A stretch of DNA of 64,000 nt from Hydrolagus affinis (GCA_012026655.1 JAAILG010001561.1:1-64000); one strand, 5' to 3'. Positions 11,666-24,002 are shown, counted from the first letter of the stretch. Numbers and translations: made by a program. The notes: generated by a model from the sequence alone, not told the origin.

Positions 11666-13198
11666 GAATTAAGTGCATGTGTCATGGTACACTTTTCTCT
11701 GATTGAGAATTACATGCTGTTTCCAAGTGTACTCTGAAAGGATCGATCCTTCTCATTTTATGTTGAAGCTATGTGCCTGGGTAGAGTGGTCTCACAAAAT
11801 ACACCCAACACTTAGCAAAACAAAATATTTAATATATATTAAATCTTGTTAAATATAGATTTAACATGGTGTATCTTCTACGTTATAAGATAACCATTGA
11901 GCCTCAATACTTGGATCACCAGGGCAAACAAATAGGGTAACCATACCCCAAATTCACATCTATTCTAAGATCCTAAGATCCAGAGTTTTTATAATTGGTG
12001 ATGTTAAAGTCAAATGTTAGCTAAATGTTCGAAACTCAACATCTGCCCTATAACTCTACTACCTCTTTTATACTTCAAATGAACCCAATCAGTTCTCCAT
12101 ACTTTGACAAACTCAACTCCTAATACACTAAGAATTACCTCCTTCAATCAATCCTTAATACTTTATGATAGTTTGAAAACAAACTAGACTAAGACTCGGA
12201 CAGGACCATAAAATCCGTGAACTCACAAAATCTGACAAAGAAGCCATAAACCATAGCACTTAACCAACATTTTTACCTCAAGATAAACAGATAGATATCT
12301 CAAATTCAACAGACCATCTGGCTCCAGACATCAGTGACCCCTCTCCCATGAACCCAAATATTCACCCTATTAACCCTTTTCCACCTCAAACAAGAATAAT
12401 TCCAACTACAAACAGTTTGCAAGAAAATTTCAAAATAGCTTGATTGTTTTAGAAGCAATTCACTTGGGTAAATATGTATTTTGTGTCCTGAAGTATTTGA
12501 TGATATTGCTGTTTACCAAATTTATTTAAAAACTAAGAAAATGTTTGCACTGAGTTGTTCACTTATAAAATTCTGCAATTGAAAGCAGTAATTACAAAAT
12601 ACACCAGTGTAGAATTCAGCATCTATTGAGTGACATACAAACCTGCAAAAAAAAATTGTTTTGTTTATTTGCGTGTGAGAGTATTGGTGTTTTTTACAAG
12701 GGAACAGCAAAATTCAACAACAACAAAATTACATTTATAGAGCGCCTTTCACGTCGGGGGGATGTTATAGATATGTTTGTGTCCCAGTTTAATTCTCTGT
12801 CAAATTTGAGGATTGCAATGGATAAACTGCACATTGGAGTATTGCAGTATTCATGAAGATAAAGAATGAGGCTTGAAAATAAAAGTTGCTCATATTGCTC
12901 AATATTACAATCCATATCAATCACAGAATTGCAGCGATATCAATGTTACTCAATTGTTCAACACAAAAGATTTCTAAAACAAGCAGGGAATTGAAAGCAG
13001 TGTAAAATAATGCACTTTGCACCCATCTTCAACAATAGTTTAATTTTGGAAAGAATGAAGATCAAGATATTTCTTTGGATTTCAAGTGCACCATATAAAT
13101 GTTGTGCTATTAGCAGTCTCCTAATGCTTAAGCTTTTAAATGCAATAGTTTTTCACCTGAAACTTAAGATCAATGAACGTCTCAAATCAATATAAAAT

Positions 13199-13204
13199 TT
13201 TATT
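13199..13204 (-). terminator. Candidate polyadenylation signal of ANAPC16
   Basis: TTTATT on + (AATAAA on -), about 160 nt after the stop codon. Confidence 0.5.
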
Positions 13205-13365
13205 AACTGATTCAAAGCATTACATTTTCACAAATAGCTATAAATACTAAAAATAAAAGAATGACCATAATACATTTTTACAAAACAGACACCAAGTTTC
13301 CACCCATTGTGTTTCGCACAATGCTATCAAACATGGTAAATAAGTCCAATTCAGTTTGTTTTAAC

Positions 13366-13481
13366 TCATCCAGAGGAGGGTGTAAACCCCAGCAGCTGTT
13401 CAATTGGTTTATAGCGCCATTCATCTGCCTCCAGCTCTTCAACCAAACTGGCTAACTTCTCTATCCGTGAGCATTGTTGCT
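13366..13481 (-). CDS. ANAPC16: Anaphase-promoting complex subunit 16, last coding exon
   Basis: [41 protein letters not shown] matches the APC16 C-terminus; acceptor ctcttag|. Not in the ORF track. Confidence 0.96.
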
Positions 13482-13650
13482 CTAAGAGAGGAAAACAAAT
13501 TGTAAGATGGCACAACACAATCATCTGAAATCACTTAATTATTTTGTTAGGGTTTCCAATTTGAATAGTTCACGTTCTTGACTTCTATTGCCATTAATCA
13601 GTGAAGCAATTTTAAACATATTAGAATCTTTCAGTTTTCCATAGCTTTAC

Positions 13651-13725
13651 CTCGTTTCACCTGTCTCCGTGTGTGTGCCACCTGATAGCTAAATACCGCC
13701 TCACACAAGAAACGTTCTGTTGCAT
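13651..13725 (-). CDS. ANAPC16: ANAPC16 coding exon 2
   Basis: DATERFLCEAVFSYQVAHTRRQVKR; ttgacag| and G|gtaaag; 75 nt. Confidence 0.96.
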
Positions 13726-14552
13726 CTGTCAAAACAGAAATCATAATGCAGGGTGACCAAAAATGCATGGTACCATTACAATGACCAACGAGTCTTAAAT
13801 GATTTTTTTTAAGACAATAGTTATCACAACTTTTTGTTCGACCTGTTGCAAATAAGCTTGTCGCTCTGTAGCAGCACAAAATCAGGAATAAAAAGGTCTG
13901 TGAAATAAATAATCATCCTAGCATTTGATGCAGCACCTTATCATGTTTTCAAGATGTCTCAATGCGCTTCTTAGAATATACTGTAAAGGAAATTTACTTA
14001 TTTTCTGTGGGCGAAATGCAGGGAGAGCCAATTACACACAGCGTTGTCCCAGAACAGTTGTGAATTGAAGTGACCAATTTATTATTTTTTAAAAGGAATT
14101 ATTACCCCCCGGAAATAGTGATCCGACAATCGACTTAACAACCAGGTTCCTACTTACTGTTAGGTAAACAAGTCTGAAATGATCAATTAGTTGACATTTT
14201 GTAAACGATCGCTGTGATGAGCATCATCTACTGTGTGCATTTAGGATATTGTGACCAATCAAAATGTCATTTTTGCAATTGGTTTGCTATAAATAAAATA
14301 AGTCCCAAACCAAAGCAGCTCAAGTGTTTCCAAGAGATGTTGTTTCCAAGTGAAAGGATCTGAAAAATATTAAAACTTTCAACTCAAACCCGATCGAAAG
14401 CGCTTCACAGAATATACTGTAAAGTGAACTGACCGTATATTTTGTGGGCGAAACACGGGCAGCCAATTGCGCATACCGTCGTGGATTGAAGTGACCAAAT
14501 CGTGAAACGTTGCCCAGACAGGAATTGACCCCAAAATGTGATATCGCGACAA

Positions 14553-14680
14553 TGACGAAGGGTCGTGGACCCGAAACGTTGACTCGCTTTCCTTTCCCCG
14601 TGGATGCTGCCTGACCGGCTGAGTTTTCCCGGCAACTTCTGTTTTTGTTTCAGATTTCCAGCATCTCCAGTATTTTGTGT
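14553..14680 (+). mobile_element. Penelope-like element pLTR remnant with hammerhead-like core
   Basis: TGACGAAGGGTCGTGGACCCGAAACGTTGACT...GATGCTGCCTGACC...CAGATTTCCAGCATCT; near-identical sequence at 56041-56185. Confidence 0.7.
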
Positions 14681-14958
14681 AATGTCTAATAAGTCTTGAG
14701 CAAGAAATGATGATATTTCTGGTTTCACTTTTAGTTAATAGGTTAGTTATCACGGCGGGGGAGGGGGGGGGGGGAGTCACCCTAACATTTCAACTAGTTT
14801 CTTCAAGAGCAAAACTGGTGTGAGTGTGGGCTGGTGAGTGAGTGTGTGAGTGTGGGCTGGTGAGTGTGTGTGTGTGTGCAGGGGGTGGCATCTGACAAGG
14901 CCTCTCTCCCACAGTATTAACCTGTCCTGCCTGCCGCCCGTGTTCACTACCCACTCAC

Positions 14959-15109
14959 CTTCCAGCAGCTCGCCGGCTCCTTTGGGGGAAGTGAAGAGCG
15001 CCCTCCGCGTCGGCGGCAGCGGCGGCAGCTCCGACACCCCGAACCCCCCACCGCCCGTCACCGGAGAAGACGAGGGAGAGGCTGAGGCAGCAGTGGCGGC
15101 GGCGGCCAT
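14959..15109 (-). CDS. ANAPC16: ANAPC16 coding exon 1
   Basis: MAAAATAASAS...RRALFTSPKGAGELLE; donor G|gtgagt. The three exons total 342 nt = 113 aa plus stop. Confidence 0.95.
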
Positions 15110-15243
15110 GAGTCCGTCACAGTCACTCAGGACCAGCAGGGAGGTTTGTCCCCGGGACCGGAAACGCCCTGTTTAACCGTCGGACCGGAAGCCTGGGCTC
15201 ACGCCGGTGCCGTGCAAACGCCGCGTCATTAATTCGTTTGAAG
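15110..15243. promoter_or_regulatory. CpG-rich bidirectional promoter ANAPC16/ASCC1 and putative ASCC1 non-coding first exon
   Basis: CpG-dense; ETS-type motifs ACCGGAAA (15157) and ACCGGAAG (15184), CGTCA half-site (15224); plus-strand donor GAAG|gtgatt at 15243. Confidence 0.7.
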
Positions 15244-15311
15244 GTGATTTTTCTTCGGGGAGCCTTCATTATAAAGTCCCTTTTTACTGGTGATTTGTAA
15301 CGATAACTGGA

Positions 15312-15658
15312 CGGTTAGAGACCCCGCCTCGCAAGCCAGAGCCCGGGGTTCGATTCCCGCTAGGACAGGTTTCCTTACTCCACACGCCTCTTGTTTACCT
15401 TTAGCATCAACAACAACAACAAGCATCGCTTACTTTCTGGGGATGATCATCCCTCAGTATACACAGTGCACAGTGTACAGTGTGCAAATCATTTTTAAAT
15501 GTTGTCACTCAGTCCGCGACTCCTGGGCGCAATTGGCTGCCACGCGTTTCCTCCACAAAATCTGCAGTGAATTCCCTTTGTATCCTGGGAAGCGATTTGA
15601 GACGTCTCCACGACGTGCCGAGGCGCTATTATCAAATGCAAGGATCGTTATTATTATC
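15312..15658 (+). mobile_element. tRNA-derived SINE
   Basis: B-box GGTTCGATTCC, shared body (GTTTCCTTACTCCACAC...GCAATTGGCTGCC) and ATT-repeat tail as in 47910-48257. Confidence 0.75.
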
Positions 15659-16332
15659 ACCCCCTCCCCCCCCAGCCCCCTGACTGGCTGGGATCAATGG
15701 GGGAGAGCAACGAGCGATGAAGGTAAAACCATTGGCTACAGAAGCCTGGGCTCCACACAGTGTGAGACTGACCCCGGCCCAGAGTTCTAGCCCAGCCAGT
15801 TCTCAGCTGGTAATAATGATAATAATACTAATCTTTGTATTTCATTAATTCCTTAATTAGTTCCTTAATTATCACATCCTCAAGGCGTCTCAAAGCACTT
15901 CACGTTATGTCCTGTCAAGTGGATTGACTGCCAGTTTGCGCCCAGCAATGCCCCACAAACAGCCATGGAGCGAGTGACCAATTTTTTATTTGAGAGCGTT
16001 GGCGCGGGAATAGTGCATGTGATCTTTAACTTCCACTTGATCTTGAGTGGGAAGTCCTCCCAACGTGAAAAGCGCTCTATGAATGTCATTTGTTGTTGTT
16101 ATTGATCAGGCAGAACTCAGTTTAATATTCTCATCCAAAGCAGAGCAATGCACTGCATTGGAGTGTCATCTTAGATTGATTCCAAGTTCCAATGTGGGGG
16201 CTTGAAGTACAACATTTTTGGAAGTTCTATATTTGTGATTTGTATTGCGATGGACACTTTGTTCGTTTGGTCATAAAATTTCCGTTGTTGTTGAAGAACT
16301 TGCAGAATCTTGTCAGTGCGAGAATGAATGCA

Positions 16333-16444
16333 ATGGATGTTCTTCGACCAATGCTGATTAATATTGAAGGACGGGTTTACCGTAAAAACGTGATAAAGGA
16401 GCAAGTGCATCAGAATGAAGAAGAGGAAGACTTCAATTACTCGG
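16333..16444 (+). CDS. ASCC1: Activating signal cointegrator 1 complex subunit 1, first coding exon
   Basis: MDVLRPMLINIEGRVYRKN...EEEEDFNYS matches the ASCC1 N-terminus; donor G|gtactt; an in-frame ATG also at 16324. Confidence 0.93.
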
Positions 16445-16873
16445 GTACTTACAGGCGCACACTGTCAACCCTACCTGGGATTATGGTCCATTTGACCTAT
16501 ACTGTATCCATAAAAAAGATTGTTCTCTGGTTCTTACTTTGCCATTCTAATGTGTTCTAAATTAAAATGAATGAACTACTTTTTAAAAGAAACACTAGTA
16601 ATATATCCCACATTTACACTAACCGCAAGCAATAAATTGTTCTGCAGTAGTTTTAGTCTTTTTGCATTCCATTCTTCAAACATCCAGGGGTAATATAGTT
16701 CCAATTCCAGGCAGGACCATCAATCCAACAGCATCCCCTCACCCATCACCCACACCAAATTTTCCAGAAGACTCTGGATCTATCCATGTAGTGGCATGGA
16801 TAATCACTGATCACTGACTTAGGTCTCAAAGACATTCAGGAATCTTGCTGTTAACCTATTTTCTTTCTTTCAG

Positions 16874-16973
16874 GTGCTGCAGATTGTTTAGATGAGCCAT
16901 GTGACACTCTAACTATTGATCACACAGAACGAGGATACCGATGTGCTATGGAAGTGCCCAGTGCTCTTTACAA
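16874..16973 (+). CDS. ASCC1: ASCC1 coding exon 2
   Basis: AADCLDEPCD...YRCAMEVPSALYK; tttcag| and |gtgagt. Confidence 0.93.
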
Positions 16974-17209
16974 GTGAGTTATCATACATATTAAGGATTT
17001 TGCTACTGAATCGTAACCTGAGTTGCAAATGGCAACTCTGGGACTTGACTGGAGACTGCCAGTAATTGGAAATGCATCACACAGAGTTCTGGATACTTCA
17101 CACTATCCATTTCAAATTTCACTCTACATTTTGAGTGTGGTTATATTAATATATGTACCAGGTTTACAATCATCAACTCTAGTTTTTAACAGGAATTGGT
17201 CAGCTTCAT

Positions 17210-17622
17210 AACAACAAAAACAACAACAAATTGCACTTATAGAGCACCTTTCACGTCCGGAGGACGTCCCAAGGCGCTGCACTGGAGGCGTGTGACCCGA
17301 GCTGGGAGGGGAGTGTTCGGGAGGGGGTAAAAAACGTAGGGGAGGTCGAAGAATTAGTGGGGGAACAGAAGGCACGGTCGAAAAGGAAAGTCTTCAAACC
17401 GGCCTTGAAAGAGGAAAGAGAGGAAACAAGGCGGAGGGATTGGGGGATGGAGTTTCAAAGGGTGGGAGCGGAAAAACTGAAGGCCCGGCCTCCGATGATG
17501 GGGCGGTTCGGGCGGGGGGCTTGGAGCAAGCCAAGTCCTGCTGAACGGAGGGTCCAGGTGGGCTTGTAGGGAGAGAGTAGGTCGGAAAGATAGGGCAGGG
17601 CAAGGCCGTGTAAGGCCTTGAA
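17210..17622 (-). mobile_element. L2-clade LINE 3' fragment
   Basis: Minus strand FKALHGLALPYLSDLLSPY...LRS...GGRAFSFSAPTL plus (TTG)n tail. Confidence 0.85.
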
Positions 17623-17855
17623 TAGGCAATAGATAAAAGATTTCTCTGTGTAGATGAGCTCAAAGCTGATTAATTTAAAAAGCAAGATCTGTTCACAATG
17701 CAGGATGCACACTTCATGGGGTAAAATGTGTATTGTTGACCAATAGAATCAAAGTGATTGAGAAAACTCTTTTAACAGTTTTATTCTTTCCCGGGCTTAT
17801 AGGTGATGTCAATTTAATGTGGAGTGTATGATGAAACAAAAGTTTTGTTTTGCAG

Positions 17856-17953
17856 ATATGTTATTGGAAAGAAAGGAGAAACAAAAAGGAGACTCGAGAC
17901 TGAAACTCGGACTTCTATAATCATACCTAAAGCTGGAGTGGAAGGAGAGATAG
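17856..17953 (+). CDS. ASCC1: ASCC1 coding exon 3, KH domain GXXG loop
   Basis: YVIGKKGETKRRLETETRTSIIIPKAGVEGEI; ttgcag| and G|gtgagg. Confidence 0.96.
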
Positions 17954-18281
17954 GTGAGGCTTGGCAGACACTGAAGGGAACAGTCTTATCAGTGCAGAAT
18001 TTTCTTTTTAGGTTATGAAAAATCAGGTTTTTTTTAAAATCTGTGTTATAGATGTATAATCACATCTATAGTCCAAGGCAAACTACACAATACTGTAGTC
18101 ACATTGTGTAGTCAATTGCTCTAGTTTGACATTTTGTAAAATAATACAAGGATAGGTCTGTAGTATAGTAGATTCTGAAGTACTGTCTCCGAATGCAAAG
18201 GGGAAAAAAATATCCCTACAATACCATTAAGCACAAAACAAACTTTCCTCCCCGCTCCAGATTAACATTTGTTTTTTTCAG

Positions 18282-18460
18282 TCATCACTGGACAGCAACA
18301 GTCTGGTGTGATTTCAGCCCGAACTCGAATTGAGGTGATGTTGGAGAGTTTCCGCAGAAAACAGCCGTTTACTCATTTCCTGTCTTTTGCTATTAACCAT
18401 CCAAAAATTCAGGAAAAGTTCCTGAAATTTAAGGAGGAGGTTTTGGATCTCTGCTCCCAG
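18282..18460 (+). CDS. ASCC1: ASCC1 coding exon 4
   Basis: VITGQQQSGVISARTRIEV...RRKQPFTHFLSF...CSQ; canonical sites. Confidence 0.96.
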
Positions 18461-18610
18461 GTATGTGAACACGTTGATAAAGCTGGGGATAGGAAATCGA
18501 TGGGATGGTACCTACTCATATATGTGAAGATGTTTTCTGACTTCTGGGGTACAATTTCACAATCCAGCAGAGAAATTGTACAATAATTCTTTGTTCCTGG
18601 TTTCTGCTAG

Positions 18611-18747
18611 GATCATGGGATTGACAGCAGCATTTTCCAGAATCCAGCAAAACTGCATCTGACGATTGGAACTCTGGTCCTCCTTAATGATGCAGAAGTT
18701 GGGAAAGCTTGTGAGCTGCTGCAGAAGTGTGAAGAGGACTTCATTAA
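18611..18747 (+). CDS. ASCC1: ASCC1 coding exon 5, first HxT motif of the 2H phosphodiesterase domain
   Basis: DHGIDSSIFQNPAKLHLTIGTLVLL...EEDFI; ctag| and AA|gtgagt. Confidence 0.96.
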
Positions 18748-21490
18748 GTGAGTCGGCCTAGTGACAGCTAGTATTCTGCTTTAACACCAGTCGTCTCCGA
18801 ATATTGTAACTGCTCTGCTTTGATTCTTTCCAGTTGAGATATTGCTGCATTGTTTTTTCAAGCACACAGTAATTGGGTAGGAGTGCTTTGAGAGTAAACT
18901 ACTTGTTTCCCCTCTTCCAAAAGCAATTTGTAAGGTAGTAAGAAAACGTTTAAAATTCTAGTCTTGTCCACTCAGTGTATTGGTGTTCCTCTGGGTCCTG
19001 AATGGCAGTCATGGAAAGCAACTTCGAAAGCTTGAGTACTTACTATAACATCTATGTTGTGCAGGAAAGAGTTGAAAGTAGAGATTTATCTCGAAAGGGA
19101 AGTAATCACCTTCCTTCATTGATAATATGGCAGGAATGCCTTACACCGAAAGCCATTTGCATCTCTTTCTAAAACCAAAGGAACATTCCTTTTATACAGT
19201 GCAATTTGCTGAATTGGAAGTAAGTGTCTTTGAGAAGGAGCAGCAATAAAATAGTTGGTACAAAATGTACCCTTTTTATCTCTGGCTTCTGATTTACACT
19301 AGAATTGGTCCTTATTCCTCCCACCCCTGAAGAATGTGAAAAGACATGAAATGCCTAAAGTAATAAATATGCTAACACAGTAATACAGCTTTAGATGTCG
19401 CCTTAAGTCTTCCAAAAATGTTTCATCTCCTCTCCCCAGTCTCCATGAAAATAGCTCCATCCTTGCTACTGTAGCCCCAATGACTTACAGTTCTTCACAA
19501 CGATGCAATCCCCAAACAGCTCCTGCACTCCAAATTGTAAACCCGGGGCCCTCCCAAGCCTGTGCTATTCACACTGAGGTTTGAATTTCCAGTGATTCAT
19601 AGTTTGATGCAGTACCCATTTACAACCACAAGATGCCATAGAAACATTTGGATATGTTCTTCATTATGGCTTTCAGTAACAAAAACGAGCCTTCAAAATC
19701 TTTCCTTAATTTCAATGGCTGAATCTGCAGCATTCCCCTATATTCAAGTCATTTAATTTGTACAGCCTATTTTGTACCATTTCATCAGTCTCTTGCAGAT
19801 TATGGGTGTTGAGGCAAGCTGACTCTAATTACACACTTGTACTGTACCTGGGATGTTTTGAGAAAGTGATTCTGAAATACCCATTCTTCCTTTAACCAGG
19901 ATTTGCATTGATCAAGTTTCTTCTAATTTGTTTATACCATCACTTTTCAGCATCTTCTAAAGACTTATTTGTTTGAGGACATTTTCTGGTGTGATCTTTA
20001 ACAGCAGCCAATCAATAGGAGGGAAATGAGAAATAACCCCAGGTGCTTGTTTAAAAAAATCTCTGTCTCCATTTTAGAGTTACTGCATTCCAACATTCTG
20101 CAGTGCAGCATATTGTGCAACCAACCTGCTAACTCCCTGATATCAGCAGTGTATATATCAGGGCTAACTGACGTAAACTGAAAAAATCGAGTTCTTTCTT
20201 AAAAAAACAAACGCTTGTACAAGTGAAGATTTGTATATCCAAGAGACTGTTAATTTAAAAACCAGTAATTTAAAAACCAGCTGTTTGGACCAATGAGACA
20301 TTTTACAGCAATGCCTTAAAAAGTCCTGAACCGCGTATCTCTTCATCGCTTGCTAACAGAGCTATTAAACAGCTGTTAAAAAAAAACAATGGTTATGTAA
20401 TTTAAAAACTTTATCTCCAATGTGCTGTGTTAATTACAGAAACTATTATAGCGGGACTTGAAATGTGGGAGGGCTATTGTGGAATATAAGGACTGGCATG
20501 GATTAGTTGGACCAGCTGACATGTTTCATTGCTGTATGGTTTTGGTAGTTCTAGGTAATTTTAGGTTCTACCCCTAACACTTTTTCACCAGGATTTAAAT
20601 TTGGCAAAAATAGACTGTTCAAGGTGAGCACGAGTGAAGCTGTCAAACTGAACTTGTTTTTTCAGGAATTGGGCTTCTGTTCGTCACTCTTAATGAGATG
20701 TGACAGAAGGAAAGGCTGATTTTAGAAATTCATGTCTTGCATTTCAAATGCGTTCAGTAATTCAAAATCACATACCTCTCACTTTTAGTACCATGCAGCA
20801 TGGTGAATACTGTTGTGGCTTTTACAGGTTTTCACAGTAAGCGGCATAAACATTTTTGTGAGGAACTAAGAAAAGCAATTTAAAGTCTGATTGATTAGAA
20901 CCTTTCAAATAGATATAACAATGAATCTTTTTAATCGCTAGTGCACGTGCTGCTTTCGTAATGATTGGCAGCCATGGCACACTAACAAAGCATTTTTTTT
21001 TACTCTTTAACACAGACTAATTTGAATTGATTTGGCTAATGTTCTGCCATTGCCTTCCATAGCTTAATTTGGTATTATTTTTAATTTCAATTAAAAATCA
21101 AATCAGGATTTCATGGAGCTTGGTCTAATGCTTTGCCAGATACTGATACAGTACTGGAATTTATATTCCACATAATTGAAATTCTGAATATTAACAATGA
21201 CTCTTATCCCAAGATACAGAATAGGGAAGAGGAACAAAACACCAGACCTACAGCCAGTTGTGTATCTAGAGAAAGAAGAGGAAGGCATAAATCTTGCAGT
21301 CTGGTGTGATCTATGACAGTACATTGAAACTCACCTTAATGCTACCCTATTAATGTAGTCAAACTGCTAATCTGGTTAGTTTATTGCGCTCTGTTTCGTT
21401 TCAACAAATACTACCAACAGTACAAACTCTATAGTGAGTTGACCAACGAATGTGTTCAGAATTCCTCAGTCCATTTGCTGGACCTTATTG

Positions 21491-22147
21491 CAGTAAAAGC
21501 CCATTTATCCGGCATCCTCGGGACCTGGCCAGTGCCGGTTAAAGCACATGCTGGATACTCGGCCGAAAACGCAAAAAGTGTGAAGAGGACTTAATTAAGT
21601 GAGTCGGCCTAGTGTTAATATATTTAAAATATGTTTTAAAAAACATACCAGGTTAATAATAGACTAAATAATAACAGAATATTGCATGGATACTTATCAA
21701 TAAAGCAATAAATATCAATTACGGTCTATAAACACAGCACACAATCAAAGGTTTTTTTTTCTTTTCTTTTTCTTTCTCTCCCTCCTTCCCTCTCTCTCTT
21801 TCACACACAAACAGTCAGTCTAACATCTCAATGGCTTCAATCCCCCTCCACTTTCATTTTCCATCTAAATGAATCAACTCCCCTACCCTCTCTCCCCTAT
21901 CTCTCTCTCCTGCCCCCTCTTTCCCTCTCATTCTCCCACCCTACCACAGCATTCAAAAGTAATCGTACTGTACTCATTGTGAGGGGAAAAAAACAGCAGC
22001 ACCACCTTCAGGCACTAGTAGCAGCAAAAAAAATTAATTAATGCATTTTTCCAATAAATTCAGGTTAATCATATGCAGACTTTTTTTGATGTGCCGATTA
22101 TACGGAAGCTACGGTTGATCTGGTGCCAGATAAACAGGCTTTTACTG
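21491..22147. mobile_element. Non-autonomous Tc1/mariner (pogo/Tigger-like) element
   Basis: Ends CAGTAAAAGCCCATTTATCCGGCA and TGCCAGATAAACAGGCTTTTACTG-TA; first 80 nt match the reverse complement of the right end of 8883-9077. Confidence 0.82.
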
Positions 22148-23882
22148 TAATTAGTTTCCAAAGTAAAGATATGTTGAATGGGTATGATGGTTCAAATGAC
22201 CTTTTCTCATCATATCCTTTCTTATACTCAATGTACTGTTTTGGGGGAGAAAATAGAATAGGTCCTGGAACAAATCATTCTGTTTTATTGGAGGAGCAAA
22301 GAGATCGAACAGATTCTAAGTCGGGATCAGCTGTGTATCTTAACATGGCCTTGAACTAAAACTACAATTAAAACTATTGAATTGAGCAGAAGCTGCTTTA
22401 TTACCTTTATTATGTGCATAGAGATAAAGAAAAGTAGTTTCTTGTAACATACACACAAAAATGGATGCAAGATACACACCTCCCTTTTCCTTACACATCT
22501 AAAATGTACTGGATCCTGGGAATGGTCTTTTCAATGTTTGCAAGTTTTATGTTGGGATTTTGAACTCACGTAGCCTAGTACACCAGTGCATTGTTGAGGA
22601 GATCTGCATTGCCAGAGAGCCGTCCTTCAAATTAGATATTAGACTAAGACCCTGTCTACCTATTCAGGGGTAGGTTACTATTCAAAAAAGAGACATATTT
22701 TTATTGACAGTACTTTATCAAATGAAGGATTATTAATATTTGACACAATTGCACCATACAAGAGGAGAAAGGTAAGGATTGGATTCCAACCACAGGCTTG
22801 CTATGTGAATGGGGAAGAGGAACGAGTCCCACTCTACCCTTGCTTGGTTAGGTTGGTGGAGATGTGATGGGAATAACTGGTAAAGGTGTATGAAAGGTCA
22901 TCTACAAGATCTTACTGGAGAGGGAAGAGAATTGTGTCTTACAGTGAATATTTCCCAGATTCAAAATAGTTTAGGTGTAAGGAAAAGGAGGAATCTGTCA
23001 TGTGCCTCCTCTTGTATGTTTGTTTTAGTCACTATTCTTTCCCTTTATGCACAAATGCTAATAAAGCAACAAATCTTAAACTCACTGAAGGATATGAATA
23101 TAAATGCGTGGAAATGCATTCTGCCTTCTGCTCAACAGTTTTAAATTTCCTTCTGCGTATTCTAATCAATCCATTCCATCTCTTTGTCACTGACCAGCTT
23201 TTATCGACTCCACGTGTGTTATTTAAGATAAAATATGTTCAAGCGCTGTGTTTTCACAGAAAATAAACGACTATCTGTTTTGTGTGACTTCCTAGATTCT
23301 AATACACTTTTACGACAGAGGGAAAATATCAATCATTGGTTTGGTTTTGACTAGATTATGAAGTGTTAACTGTGCTTAAAAATGGTCAACAGCAGTTCAT
23401 TAGCTGCCTATTCCAAACAAACAGATGTGCTAAATCATAACTTTGGAATGTGACCACAATTTAAAACAAGACTTCCTACTTCGGAAGAGGATTCGTGACA
23501 TGACATATTATGTCGGAAAGCATTTCATACAATGTTACTTGGAAATTTAGTGACTCTCTTGTGATCACAAGAGAACATTGTATTCAAGTGTAATGTTATT
23601 GTTGTATTCAAAGGCCTGTAAGGAAGGTGCAGTATTCAAGCTAAGCTTTGCTTGTGTGATTTATGCTGTCTTCTAAATCCCTACTCTTAACCTATCAATC
23701 CATTTTGTCTTTCAAATTCAATCTTAATTAGTCCTACAAAACAAATGGTAACCATCTTACTGAACAATTACTATTCATAAAACCACTGATTTGACACTTT
23801 GGGATGCCCCCTCGATGTGAAAGGAGCTATACATATGTGATTTCTTGTTGTTGATGACTGTTCCACTGCTTGTCTGTTTCAG

Positions 23883-24002
23883 GGATGTTTTATGTGGAAA
23901 ACAACTTCTCATTAAGGTAGCGGGGATTGAATATATGAACGATGACCCAGGAATGGTGGATATTCTTTATGGAAAAATTCAAACAAAAGATGGGACTAAT
24001 AA
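23883..24002 (+). CDS. ASCC1: ASCC1 coding exon 6
   Basis: DVLCGKQLLIKVAGIEYMNDDPGMVDILYGK...; tttcag| and AA|gtaggt. Confidence 0.96.

Noticed and set aside
14850-15176. 108-aa plus-strand ORF
   Set aside because: Antisense shadow of GC-rich ANAPC16 exon 1 plus a GT microsatellite.
15290-15790. 166-aa ORF after the promoter
   Set aside because: Lies across a tRNA-derived SINE, starts at a non-ATG codon, and has no recognisable protein motif.
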